Part shown: positions 40,236-50,098 of the stretch, piece after piece
Layout: each line of letters opens with the position of its first letter
Position numbering within the stretch: the first letter of the stretch is position 1
DNA from: an uncultured Bacteroidota bacterium
GTDB taxonomy: Bacteria > CLD3 > SB21 > JBBIRG01
Assembly: GCA_964410965.1 (NCBI GenBank)
Contig: CAYPIY010000014.1
Coordinates: forward strand, 10,942-74,941
Direction: 5' to 3'
Length of the DNA: 64,000 nucleotides
The notes under the pieces: generated by a model
Seen by the model: only the letters and a program-made list of their open reading frames with translations
What the model was told of the DNA's origin: nothing
The model's database searches: none
Position numbers and translations under genes: made by a program

Positions 40236-40883
40236 ATGGATTCAGGCAAGACGGCTTTGGACAAAGGACTGTTCATTACGTTTGAGGGCATCGATCAGAG
40301 CGGAAAAAGCACGCAGGCCGAACGGCTTGAAAAACACCTGACCGAAAACGGTTACGCTGTACAGTCCTGGCGTGATCCGGGAAGCACGCTGATATCGGAG
40401 CAGATACGCGAAATCCTGCTTTCCTCAAAGAATCATGGCATGAGCGCGATTGCCGAATTGTTGCTCTATGAAGCTGCCCGAGCACAGATTGTCGAAGAAT
40501 ACATCCGACCCGCGCTGGACAAAAACCGGATCGTGATCATGGACCGGTTTTACGATTCCACGACGGCGTACCAGGGCTACGGGCGCGGCATTCCTTTGGA
40601 TACGATCACCCACGCCAATCGCATCGCGACGGGCGGACTTGTACCGGATATGACGTTTTTCATCGATGTGACGTGGGAAGAATCCTGTCGTAGAAAAGGA
40701 AAAGACGCGAGAGACCGCATGGAAAGCGAAAGTCGCTTTTTTTTCGACCAGGTACGCAAAGGGTACCTTGCGTTAGTAAAATCTGAACCTGAACGTTTTG
40801 TCCTGATTGACGGCTCTCAGACTAAAGCGGCAATCGAGGGACAGATATGGGATCAGATACGGTTACGATTCGGGCCGGCCTGA
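40236..40883 (+). CDS. tmk: dTMP (thymidylate) kinase
   Basis: It has the P-loop FITFEGIDQSGKST, the DRF motif (MDRFYDSTTAYQG) and a lid region. Confidence 0.9.
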   Translation: MDSGKTALDKGLFITFEGIDQSGKSTQAERLEKHLTENGYAVQSWRDPGSTLISEQIREILLSSKNHGMSAIAELLLYEAARAQIVEEYIRPALDKNRIVIMDRFYDSTTAYQGYGRGIPLDTITHANRIATGGLVPDMTFFIDVTWEESCRRKGKDARDRMESESRFFFDQVRKGYLALVKSEPERFVLIDGSQTKAAIEGQIWDQIRLRFGPA

Positions 40884-40986
40884 ACGTGCCGGACCCTTCT
40901 TTTTACATTTTTCGTTCCATTTTATTCCTTGATTATCTTTGCTGTTTTCGATATAATGTTTTTTTCTACGAAGATACGCATATAAT

Positions 40987-42309
40987 ATGGATGAATCCGG
41001 TTCAGAGATAACTGTTTTTTTTGTGCTTGTGCTCATATCAGGGCTTTTTTCCTCTGTGGAGAGGGCGATTTATTCGCTTCCGAAAATCACGCTGAAAAAA
41101 ATTCAGGCGAGTTCAAACCCGGCATCGAATCTTATTGACTGGTGGGAAAACCGTCCGGCCGATTTCTTTAACGTTTTGTACGCCGGTAATATCCTGTTCA
41201 AGATCGCGGCGGCGGTTCTGGTCACGCCTATGTTTATCCATCTTATGGCTCATTACGGATACCCTGAATGGTGGGGAGTCGGGGGAGCGATGATTATTAT
41301 CTCCTTTTTGGTGCTCCTGCTGGGCGAAGTGATCCCGAACACGATTGCCAGCCATGCGCCTTCGATCGTTCTGAGAATGCTCGGTCCGATGATGGTGCTG
41401 TTCATGAAAGCCCTCCGTCCGCTCGCCTGGCTGTTCCTGCTGACGTCAAAAGGACTGATCCGCGTGATGGGCAGCAAGGATGAGACGGTCAACACGAGCG
41501 TCACCGAGCAGGAGATCAGGGAAATTGTCGAGGCCGGAGAGGCGGCCGGCGCGATCGAGCAGACCGAACGCGACATGATCCACAGCATCATCGAGTTCGG
41601 CGACACCGTCGTGAAGGAAATCATGGTGCCTCGCGTCAACATGGTCTGCGTGGAAATTTCGGCGCCCATGGAGGAGATCCTTGAAATCATGGCCAAGGAA
41701 AAATTGTCGCGTCTTCCCGTGTATGATCATACCATCGATACGATTTCAGGAATCCTGCATATCAAGAACATCCTCAACTGCTGGCGAAAGAACATCAAGG
41801 AGATGTCCGCGATCGAGTTTATCGCCATGCCGTATTTCGTTCCGGAAACCAAGCCGGTATCTGAATTGCTGAAGGAATTCCAGGCCAACCGCCTGCAGAT
41901 GGCGATCGTGGTGGATGAATACGGAGGAACCGCGGGCTTGGTGACGATGGAAGACATCCTTGAGGAAATCGTCGGCGAGATCAAGGATGAGTACGATGAG
42001 AATGTCCCCGTCATCAAACCCCAGGACGACGGATCCTATCTTCTGGACGCCTCGCTTGAGATTGACACGGTCAACGAATCCCTGGACCTGAATCTGCCGA
42101 CGGAAGATTACCATACCATCGGCGGCTTTCTTCTGTGGGTGCTGAAACGGATGCCGCATAAACACGAAACCCTGACGTTCCAAAACCTGAAATGGACCGT
42201 GAAAGACGCCGACCGCAAAAGAATTTACAAAGTCCTGCTTGAAATCGAGTGTCCCCCCGGCGCAGAAAAAGATGATGAATCCGGCGCCAAATTAAAAAAC
42301 GGGAACTGA
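40987..42309 (+). CDS. CNNM/DUF21 + CBS pair + CorC_HlyC domain protein (hemolysin family / CorB-CorC type putative Mg/Co efflux)
   Basis: It has an N-terminal 4-TM DUF21 region, the CBS region EIMVPRVNMVCVE...LSRLPVY and the C-terminal transporter-associated domain GGFLLWVLKRMP. Confidence 0.8.
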   Translation: MDESGSEITVFFVLVLISGLFSSVERAIYSLPKITLKKIQASSNPASNLIDWWENRPADFFNVLYAGNILFKIAAAVLVTPMFIHLMAHYGYPEWWGVGGAMIIISFLVLLLGEVIPNTIASHAPSIVLRMLGPMMVLFMKALRPLAWLFLLTSKGLIRVMGSKDETVNTSVTEQEIREIVEAGEAAGAIEQTERDMIHSIIEFGDTVVKEIMVPRVNMVCVEISAPMEEILEIMAKEKLSRLPVYDHTIDTISGILHIKNILNCWRKNIKEMSAIEFIAMPYFVPETKPVSELLKEFQANRLQMAIVVDEYGGTAGLVTMEDILEEIVGEIKDEYDENVPVIKPQDDGSYLLDASLEIDTVNESLDLNLPTEDYHTIGGFLLWVLKRMPHKHETLTFQNLKWTVKDADRKRIYKVLLEIECPPGAEKDDESGAKLKNGN

Positions 42310-42312
42310 GCC

Positions 42313-43368
42313 ATGTTCACCATTTTCGCTCAACTCAATGAACGGGAGCTGATGAAGTCCGTCAGCTTTGACGAAATGGTGATTTACCTGAACCAGCCCA
42401 AATCCGTATTCTGGCTCGACGTCGAGGATCCCACCGACGAGGATATGGAGGAACTTCAGGAAGTCTTCAGTTTTCATCCGCTGTGCATTGAAGATTGCCT
42501 GTACTATCCCAACAGCCCTAAAATTGACGAATTCGAATCCTATATTTTTATTATTCTCAACGAGCCTATTCTCGATGAGGAAAAACAGGAGGTCGTACAG
42601 GAGGAACTGGATTTCTTTCTCGGGAAAAATTACCTCGTGTCGGTGCACAAAGGCCCGAACCAGACGATCGAAAAAATCAAGAAACGCATGCAGACGGATG
42701 TCGTCCTTCATCAATCTCTGAAGTTTCAGCGCGGACAATCCGCACGGGCGATGCTGAAGGAGAACCTGATTTTCCGGAATTCCGATTTTATCTTTCATGC
42801 CATACTCGACACGCTGATTGACCAGTGCTTCCCGATTGTGGACCGCTGGGACGATTTGCTGGACATCATCGAGGAATCGATGCTGTCGGTACAGGATCCA
42901 AAACTGCTTTTGAACCAGCTGATGTCGATCAAACGTCAGCTGACCCAGCTTCGGCGGCTGATGGGGCCGCACCGTGACATCATTTCCCGGCTGATCCATA
43001 CCAATAACCAGGCGGTATCGAAAATGTCGCACATGTTTTTCAGGGACATCTACGACCATACCATCCGCCTGAATGAGTTCATCGATTCACACCGTGATTC
43101 GGTCACGAATATTCTCGAAACGTATTACTCGTACCAGTCGCATCTCATGAACGAGAATTCCCAGCGGATCAACCTGATCATGCAGCGGCTTACGATCATC
43201 ACGACGATTTTCATGCCGCTATCCTTTATCGCCGGCGTATACGGGATGAATTTCACGGTATTGCCGGAAAAGGACTGGGAATACGGCTATCCGGCGGTGT
43301 TGCTGCTCATGGCCGGCGTGGCGGTGTTTATGTATTTCTTTTTTAAAAAACGGAAATGGTTTCAATAA
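42313..43368 (+). CDS. corA: magnesium/cobalt transporter CorA
   Basis: The YGMNF signature (AGVYGMNFTVLPE) sits between the two C-terminal TM helices. The length is 351 aa. Confidence 0.9.
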   Translation: MFTIFAQLNERELMKSVSFDEMVIYLNQPKSVFWLDVEDPTDEDMEELQEVFSFHPLCIEDCLYYPNSPKIDEFESYIFIILNEPILDEEKQEVVQEELDFFLGKNYLVSVHKGPNQTIEKIKKRMQTDVVLHQSLKFQRGQSARAMLKENLIFRNSDFIFHAILDTLIDQCFPIVDRWDDLLDIIEESMLSVQDPKLLLNQLMSIKRQLTQLRRLMGPHRDIISRLIHTNNQAVSKMSHMFFRDIYDHTIRLNEFIDSHRDSVTNILETYYSYQSHLMNENSQRINLIMQRLTIITTIFMPLSFIAGVYGMNFTVLPEKDWEYGYPAVLLLMAGVAVFMYFFFKKRKWFQ

Positions 43369-43386
43369 CTGAATACAGGAGAACCG

Positions 43387-45642
43387 ATGCATCAGGTTAA
43401 ATGGCTTCCGGCGGACCGGATCATGGAACCGGAGGTGAATCCGGAACTGGCGAGACATCACGGATTGCTGGACGACGAATACGGGCGGATCCTCAGGATA
43501 CTCGGGCGGACGCCGACTTTCACGGAACTTGGCATTTTCAGCGTCATGTGGAGCGAGCACTGCAGTTACAAGAACTCCATCGCACTGCTCAAGACGCTTC
43601 CGAAAAAGGGCGCGAATGTTCTCAAGGGCGCCGGCGAGGAAAACGCGGGCCTGATCGATATCGGCAATAATCTCGCCGTAGCGTTTAAGATCGAAAGCCA
43701 CAACCATCCGTCCGCGGTAGAGCCTTATCAGGGCGCCGCCACGGGCGTAGGCGGGATTCTCCGCGACATTTTCACCATGGGCGCCCGTCCCATAGCGGCG
43801 CTGAACTCACTCCGGTTCGGCGACCTCAAAGAAGCGCGTACGCGCCATCTGTTCGCGAATGTCGTCAAAGGCATCGGGGATTACGGCAATTGTTTCGGAG
43901 TGCCCACCGTCGCCGGTGAGGTTTATTTCGATGACTGTTATTTTGACAATCCGCTGGTCAACGCCATGGCGGTGGGAATCGTCCATCATCACCAGACGGC
44001 GAGCGCGGTCGCGAAGGGAAAAGGAAATCCCGTGATGATCGTGGGGTCATCGACCGGCCGCGATGGCATTCACGGCGCGACTTTCGCGTCGGTGGAAATA
44101 TCAGAGGAAAGCGAATCGAGGAAATCAAACGTCCAGGTCGGCGACCCGTTCACGGAAAAACTGCTTCTGGAGGCCACGCTGGAAGCGATTCAGTCGGGAT
44201 ACATCATCGGGATCCAGGATATGGGCGCGGCGGGACTCACCTGCTCCGGCTCGGAAATGAGCGCCAAAGGCCAGTCGGGAATGGAGATCGAACTGTCGCT
44301 CGTACCGGTCCGCGAAGACAACATGACGCCGTATGAGATCATGCTTTCAGAGAGCCAGGAACGGATGCTGCTGGTCGCCGAAAAGGGTCATGAATCCGAA
44401 GTACAGAAAATATTTGAGAAATGGGATCTTCATGCGGTCATCATCGGGCAGGTGACGGATGACGGATTGCTTCGAGTGAAATACCAGGGCAGGACATTCG
44501 CCGAGATTCCGGCGCATGAACTCGTACTGGGCGGAGGCGCGCCCGTGTATCAACGGGAAACGCAAAAACCGGATTATGTGGAGGAATTAAAAAAACTCGA
44601 TGTAGATTCTCTTCGTGTTCCGTTTGACCTGAATCACACTCTGAAACAACTTCTCGCGTCTCCTAATATCGCCAGCAAAGAATGGGTGTATGAACAGTAT
44701 GATTCCATGGTTCGCACCAATACGGTCGTGACGCCGGGCAGCGACGCGGCGGTGATCCGTATCAAAGGAACAACCAAAGCGCTCGCGACGAAAGTGGACT
44801 GCAACGCGCGATATGTGTACCTGAATCCGAAACGGGGAACGATGATCGCGGTGGCGGAAGCCGCGCGGAATGTCGTGTGTTCCGGGGCGAAACCGACAGC
44901 GATCACCAATTGCCTGAATTTCGGGAATCCTTACAAACCGGGCATGTACTGGCAGTTCAAGGAAGCGATCGACGGTATGCGTGAAGCCTGCCTTGCCTTC
45001 GATACGCCCGTCACGGGCGGAAACGTGAGCTTCTACAACGAGAGCCCGGATTACGCCGTTTATCCGACGCCGACAATCGGCATGATCGGCATCATTGACC
45101 ATGTGTGGAAAACCGTTACATCATGGTTTAAGGACGAGGGCGACCTGATTTTCCTGATCGGAAAAAACGGAGACGAAATCGGCGGCAGTGAATACCTGAA
45201 ATTAATTCACGGAAAAGTTTGCGGCGACATTCCTCAATTGAATCTTGATTATGAGAAAGCGGTTCAGAAAACGGTGCTCGACGCGATTGATCACGGATCG
45301 GTGAAGTCCGCGCATGACGTGTCCGACGGAGGGCTGGCTGTGGCGCTGGCGGAATGTTGTTTTCAGAATTCCGGCCGCCGCGTAATCGGAGCTAAAATTA
45401 ATATACAATCTGATATTCGTCCTGATTTGCTGTTATTCGGGGAAACCCAGTCAAGAGTGATCGTGACGGTTCCCGACTGCCGTGCCGATCTTGTTCCTCA
45501 GCTTGCCAAAGCCAACGGCGTCGAGGCCGTTCAAATCGGAGTTGTCGGAGGATCGCACCTGACGATTAACGACTGGATTCACCTTCGCGTCAGGGAAATG
45601 GAAACTGTCTACCGTTCCGCCATTGCGCAAAGAATGCAATAA
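43387..45642 (+). CDS. purL: phosphoribosylformylglycinamidine synthase subunit PurL
   Basis: [41 protein letters not shown] and [10 protein letters not shown] are present. The length is 751 aa. Confidence 0.95.
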   Translation: MHQVKWLPADRIMEPEVNPELARHHGLLDDEYGRILRILGRTPTFTELGIFSVMWSEHCSYKNSIALLKTLPKKGANVLKGAGEENAGLIDIGNNLAVAFKIESHNHPSAVEPYQGAATGVGGILRDIFTMGARPIAALNSLRFGDLKEARTRHLFANVVKGIGDYGNCFGVPTVAGEVYFDDCYFDNPLVNAMAVGIVHHHQTASAVAKGKGNPVMIVGSSTGRDGIHGATFASVEISEESESRKSNVQVGDPFTEKLLLEATLEAIQSGYIIGIQDMGAAGLTCSGSEMSAKGQSGMEIELSLVPVREDNMTPYEIMLSESQERMLLVAEKGHESEVQKIFEKWDLHAVIIGQVTDDGLLRVKYQGRTFAEIPAHELVLGGGAPVYQRETQKPDYVEELKKLDVDSLRVPFDLNHTLKQLLASPNIASKEWVYEQYDSMVRTNTVVTPGSDAAVIRIKGTTKALATKVDCNARYVYLNPKRGTMIAVAEAARNVVCSGAKPTAITNCLNFGNPYKPGMYWQFKEAIDGMREACLAFDTPVTGGNVSFYNESPDYAVYPTPTIGMIGIIDHVWKTVTSWFKDEGDLIFLIGKNGDEIGGSEYLKLIHGKVCGDIPQLNLDYEKAVQKTVLDAIDHGSVKSAHDVSDGGLAVALAECCFQNSGRRVIGAKINIQSDIRPDLLLFGETQSRVIVTVPDCRADLVPQLAKANGVEAVQIGVVGGSHLTINDWIHLRVREMETVYRSAIAQRMQ

Positions 45643-45657
45643 ACTCAGAAAGGGAGT

Positions 45658-46116
45658 ATGAATGTGAAAGCAGTATTGTTCCTTTTATTAACAGTCTTTT
45701 TGAGCTTCTGTGTCATACCGATATTCCTTTCCGCTCAGGAAGAGGATGAAACGGTCTCGGCGACTATTCTTTATGACGCATCCGGAAGCCGGATCGGAGA
45801 AATCGGGCAGGACGGCGTCGTCTATGATAAAGCCGGAAGCCGCATCGGCGAATTCGGATCCGACGGTACGGTATACGACGCCGCGGGAAGCCGCATCGGG
45901 GAAGTCACCAGCGAAGGGTATGTGTATGACGCCTCCGGAAGCCGTTTGGGCGAGATCGATACCGAAGGCGTCGTGTACGACAAGTCCGGCAGCCGGATCG
46001 GCCAGGTCACTTCAAAAACAGTGTATGACGTTTCCGGATCACGGATCGGGGAGGCGGACGGCAACGCAAGTACGGATCACATCGCCGCTTTTTTCTTTTT
46101 CTTTTTTGTAAAATAA
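45658..46116 (+). CDS. small secreted protein made of six 17-residue tandem repeats (G.VYD..GSRIGE...)
   Basis: It has the signal peptide VLFLLLTVFLSFCVIPIFLSAQ. The Tyr of the YD..GSRIGE unit recurs at residues 39, 56, 73, 90, 107 and 123. The C-terminal tail is AAFFFFFFVK. Confidence 0.65.
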   Translation: MNVKAVLFLLLTVFLSFCVIPIFLSAQEEDETVSATILYDASGSRIGEIGQDGVVYDKAGSRIGEFGSDGTVYDAAGSRIGEVTSEGYVYDASGSRLGEIDTEGVVYDKSGSRIGQVTSKTVYDVSGSRIGEADGNASTDHIAAFFFFFFVK

Positions 46117-46147
46117 TATATACATTATCATCCAACCGAGGTTTCCC

Positions 46148-46690
46148 ATGAATTTCAAAAGCCCCGAGGTTTTCCGTTTAAGCGAATGCAAACTGGATAT
46201 CCACGATTCCGCGTTCATCGCCGATTCGGCAACGGTGGTCGGAAACGTCAGAATTGACAAAAACGCCAGCATATGGTTCGGCGCTGTATTACGCGGCGAC
46301 ATGTGCCCGATCGTGATCGGGGAAAACACGAACATCCAGGACAATACCGTGATCCATGTGGACTGGAACCTCCCGGCGATCATCAGTCCGAACGTATCGG
46401 TCGGGCACAGCGTGGTGATTCACGGCGCGAAGATCGGTTCCAACTGCATCATCGGCATGCACTCGACGATTTTAAGCGGAGCGGAAATCGGCGAGAACTG
46501 TATTATCGCGGCGGGAGCGGTGGTCATGCAGGGTCAGGTCATTCCGCCGAACTCGGTCGTGATGGGCATCCCCGCGCAGGTCAAAAAACAGGTCGATGCC
46601 AAGACACTGGAGATGATTACAAAAAACTGGCAAATTTATTGCGATTACGCGAAAGAATTCAGGCAGTCCGTTTACCATAAAAAACTTTAA
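46148..46690 (+). CDS. gamma carbonic anhydrase family (left-handed beta-helix, YrdA/PaaY-like)
   Basis: It has hexapeptide repeats and the His motifs VRIDKNASIWFGAVLRGD, IGENTNIQDNTVIHV and VGHSVVIHGAKIG. Confidence 0.85.
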   Translation: MNFKSPEVFRLSECKLDIHDSAFIADSATVVGNVRIDKNASIWFGAVLRGDMCPIVIGENTNIQDNTVIHVDWNLPAIISPNVSVGHSVVIHGAKIGSNCIIGMHSTILSGAEIGENCIIAAGAVVMQGQVIPPNSVVMGIPAQVKKQVDAKTLEMITKNWQIYCDYAKEFRQSVYHKKL

Positions 46691-46714
46691 TGAAACCAGA
46701 AAGGAATATTTCCT

Positions 46715-48163
46715 ATGGAATCTCTTACCAAACTGAAGAACAAGATTTTTACCGCGCCGGTCATCACCGGGATTTTTGTCACGGTGGTCTTGTTTTTCAT
46801 CATGACCATGTTTTCTTCCGAACCCGTTCTGCGTCATGAAATCAAAGACGGTCAGGAAACCATGAACTGGCTTTTGTTCGGCATTCGAGTTGAATTCATA
46901 TTTTTCGGCCTGACGCTGGTCTGTGTCGCGTTATTCCATCATGCGGTATTGCAGGTCGCGCTGACGGGCCTGAGCGTCATTCTCGCCTATAAACTGATAT
47001 TCACCGATTTTAACGTGTGGCATCACATGTTCGGGGGCACGCACCCGATCTGGCGCGAAATGGCCGACAAAGAACTCCGCGAGGGTGAATGGCCGATCCT
47101 GCTTAATCTTCTTGGATTACTGATCGGATTCGCGATCTTGGCGAAACATTTTGAGGAATCCAAAGTTCCGGATATACTTCCCAAGTGGCTGCCGAAAGGC
47201 GTCATGGGCGGCGTCATGCTGCTCGTATTGGTGTTCATTTTATCCTCCTTTCTGGATAATATCGCCGCGGCGATGATCGGCGGAACGATCGCGCTGGTTG
47301 TTTTTAGAAAGAATGTTCATATCGGATTTATCGCGGCGATTGTCGCGGCCAGCAATGCCGGGGGTTCCGGAAGCGTTGTGGGCGATACGACCACAACCAT
47401 GATGTGGATCGACGGCGTCGCGGCGGCTGATGTTCTTCATGCCTACGGCGCGGCTATTCCCGCACTGCTTGTTTTCGCATTCATCGCTGCTCGTCAGCAG
47501 CATCAACTCCAACCGCTCGAAATGGCCGATATTACAGGCATCAAGATCGACTGGGTAAAAATTATCATCGTGGCGATGATCCTTGCCGGCACCATCGCGA
47601 CCAATGTATTGTTTGATTTTCCGGCGCTGGGAGTCTGGGCGGCGATCCTGGTCGGCGCGACGTTCAGTAAGACCCCGTGGCATGAAATTCCCAGCGCGTT
47701 CAAGGGCAGCGTGTTCCTGCTGTCGCTTGTGACCTGTGCGTCGATGATGCCCGTGAATGAATTGCCGCCCGCAACATGGCAATCGGCATTTTCACTGGGT
47801 TTCATTTCCGCCGTGTTTGACAACATCCCGCTGACCAAGCTTGCGCTTGACCAGGGCGGATACGACTGGGGAGTGCTCGCCTACACCGTCGGTTTCGGCG
47901 GATCGATGATCTGGTTCGGATCCTCAGCCGGCGTAGCGATTTCCAACACGTTCCCGAAAGCCAAGTCCGTCGTGTTCTGGCTTAAAGACGGCTGGCATGT
48001 CGCTGTGGCTTATATCATTGGGTTCTTTATTATGCTCTATTTATTAGGCTGGGCTCCTCATGAACCGCACCGCAAGGAAGGCTCCAAAAAGAAAAGCGGT
48101 CATGGAGCAGTCATACAGAAACCGGTTCAGCTTGAATACGGAAGTTTCGCGCATATCCGGTAA
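46715..48163 (+). CDS. NhaD/ArsB superfamily permease, NhaD-type sodium:proton antiporter-like
   Basis: It is polytopic, with SSFLDNIAAAMIGG and SNAGGSGSVVGDTTTTMMW resembling the paired NhaD signature segments. Confidence 0.65.
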   Translation: MESLTKLKNKIFTAPVITGIFVTVVLFFIMTMFSSEPVLRHEIKDGQETMNWLLFGIRVEFIFFGLTLVCVALFHHAVLQVALTGLSVILAYKLIFTDFNVWHHMFGGTHPIWREMADKELREGEWPILLNLLGLLIGFAILAKHFEESKVPDILPKWLPKGVMGGVMLLVLVFILSSFLDNIAAAMIGGTIALVVFRKNVHIGFIAAIVAASNAGGSGSVVGDTTTTMMWIDGVAAADVLHAYGAAIPALLVFAFIAARQQHQLQPLEMADITGIKIDWVKIIIVAMILAGTIATNVLFDFPALGVWAAILVGATFSKTPWHEIPSAFKGSVFLLSLVTCASMMPVNELPPATWQSAFSLGFISAVFDNIPLTKLALDQGGYDWGVLAYTVGFGGSMIWFGSSAGVAISNTFPKAKSVVFWLKDGWHVAVAYIIGFFIMLYLLGWAPHEPHRKEGSKKKSGHGAVIQKPVQLEYGSFAHIR

Positions 48164-48236
48164 TTTTCGATAACTACAAACCGGTCTGCCGTTCCGTCAG
48201 ACCGGTTTTTCTTTCCATACTATGTGTAAAGTCAAT

Positions 48237-49034
48237 ATGAAAAAAGTCAGATTCGGAGAATGGATTTCGGAGGGTTTTCAGTTGCTGAAAGCAGAATGGC
48301 AAACCTGGGTTCTGATCAGCCTGATATATTTCATTCCGGTCGGGATTATTTATGGGATTTCGCAGATCATCAGTTTCCAGTTCAGCCAGCATATGAATGT
48401 GAACGCACGATCGCTGGAGGATTTGATTCAGATCTTTTCGCAGAGCCTCGCCCAGTCGCTGATCCTGAGCCTGGTAACGGCGTTCGCGATGAATTTCGTT
48501 CAGGCGTTTCTCCTCGGAGGAATGTATAAGGCGGCGTTCAAGCAGATCCGCGGAGAATCCATAAGCGTCGGTGACCTTTTCAGCGGCACGGATTTGTTCG
48601 TGAAAATCCTCGTCGCTTCGGTGCTGCTGACCATCATTCAGTTTGTCACGGTGATGATTTGTTATATCCCGATGCTGGTCGCGCAGGGACTGCTGTTTTT
48701 CACCATACCGCTGATCGTACGGCAGAATCTTGAGCCGGTCGAGGCGCTGAAGTCCAGTTATCAGGAGACGAAGCAGGACTGGCTGATGTTCATCCTGTAC
48801 GCGTTTGTAGTCAATGTTCTTGCGTTTATCGGCGTGATCGCCTGCCTGATCGGAATTTTATTTACGTTCCCGCTGCTTGTGATCCTTTCGGCGGTGGCGT
48901 ACCGGGATTGTTTTGAGGCTGACACTCCCATGACGCGGGCCGAGGCCCTGTCAACCAAATTCTGTCATGCCTGCGGCCAGCCGCTGGATGTGAAAGCGAA
49001 TTTCTGCGGAAAATGCGGGGCAAGCCAGGTATGA
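48237..49034 (+). CDS. polytopic membrane protein with C-terminal zinc-ribbon, paralog 1
   Basis: FGEWISEGFQLLKAEWQTW, the shared core FLLGGMYKAAFKQIRGE and the C-terminal CHACGQPLDVKANFCGKCG are present. The start is taken at MKKVRFGEW. Confidence 0.65.
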   Translation: MKKVRFGEWISEGFQLLKAEWQTWVLISLIYFIPVGIIYGISQIISFQFSQHMNVNARSLEDLIQIFSQSLAQSLILSLVTAFAMNFVQAFLLGGMYKAAFKQIRGESISVGDLFSGTDLFVKILVASVLLTIIQFVTVMICYIPMLVAQGLLFFTIPLIVRQNLEPVEALKSSYQETKQDWLMFILYAFVVNVLAFIGVIACLIGILFTFPLLVILSAVAYRDCFEADTPMTRAEALSTKFCHACGQPLDVKANFCGKCGASQV

Positions 49035-49099
49035 TCCCGGCAGTAGAATTCATTCAGTTAACGTTGTACATTTAAACCGTAATTCATGCGAGGATCAAT

Positions 49100-49882
49100 A
49101 TGTCTGGTGAAAATATAGTAAAATTCGGCGACTGGATTTCCGGGGGCTGGAACCTGTTCAAACAAGAATGGAAAACCTGGTCGCTCATGGGAGCGATTTT
49201 TTTCCTGCCCGTTCTGATTATCATCATCGCAGCGGCAATCGGAATCCTTCTGCTGTCCGCGCGCGGAAAACCGGATGCCGCCTTCGTCACGGGCATGATC
49301 GCGGTCCTTTTTCTGATGATGGCGGGAATCCTCGTCTATGTCAGTTATGTGACAGGCGGGTTGTACCTTACTGCCTTTAAGCAGATCCGGGGCGAAAAAA
49401 TCGGGGTATCGGACATCTGGTCCGGCGGAGCGTTTACCCTGAAAATCCTCGGCGCCAGCATCATCATTACATTCTTAACGCTCATCGGCGCGATCATGTG
49501 TTACTTTCCGGCTTTCGTGGTCGGCGGATGGCTGTACTTTACTCTGCCGCTGATCGTGAAGAAAGGACTCGGGGTCTTTGACGCCATGGGCAGGAGTTTC
49601 GACCTGACGAAAAAAGGCTGGTTCATGTTCACGTTATTCGCCTTTGTGGTCGGCATGATATCGCAGATCGGCGTGTACGCGTGCTATGTGGGAATCGTTT
49701 TTACGCTTCCCCTGCTGTACACGATCTCCGCGGTGGCTTATACCGACTGCTTCGAGGGAGGATATCATCCGGAGGGCCAGGAAGTCCAGGGCGGTACGCC
49801 ATCCCGGCATTGTTCTTCATGCGGAAAGCCCATTCCGGCGGATGCCAATTTCTGCGGCCATTGCGGAAGCGGCCAGCGGTAA
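49100..49882 (+). CDS. polytopic membrane protein with C-terminal zinc-ribbon, paralog 2
   Basis: FGDWISGGWNLFKQEWKTW, YVTGGLYLTAFKQIRGE and the C-terminal CSSCGKPIPADANFCGHCG are present. It is collinear with the upstream paralog. Confidence 0.65.
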   Translation: MSGENIVKFGDWISGGWNLFKQEWKTWSLMGAIFFLPVLIIIIAAAIGILLLSARGKPDAAFVTGMIAVLFLMMAGILVYVSYVTGGLYLTAFKQIRGEKIGVSDIWSGGAFTLKILGASIIITFLTLIGAIMCYFPAFVVGGWLYFTLPLIVKKGLGVFDAMGRSFDLTKKGWFMFTLFAFVVGMISQIGVYACYVGIVFTLPLLYTISAVAYTDCFEGGYHPEGQEVQGGTPSRHCSSCGKPIPADANFCGHCGSGQR

Positions 49883-50098
49883 ATCGTGACGTTCCGTTAT
49901 GAAAAGGAACCTGGATAACACGGGTTTCACCGATTCACCCGGTTGAGACAGCAATAATATTGATGGGTAATCCGTTTTATCCGTGAAATTCGTGTTCGCA
50001 TTTATCCGCATTCAGTTCTTTTCAGTTGATTACATTGAAATTTTTTTTATATTTGGCGTTTTACTGGACAGCAATATTAACTTGAAAAAAGGGAAAAT

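Noticed and set aside
45710-46111. Alternative-frame ORFs over the 17-residue repeat gene (133 aa on the plus strand, 80 aa on the minus strand).
   Set aside because: The open frames are a by-product of the 51 nt periodic repeat. Only the 45658 frame has a signal peptide and a plausible start context.
49940-50020. An AT/GC-patterned stretch before the prenyltransferase gene (TTATCCGTGAAATTCGTGTTCGCATTTATCCGC) could be another dispersed repeat family.
   Set aside because: There is only one occurrence in the window and the internal periodicity is weak, so I cannot distinguish it from ordinary intergenic sequence.
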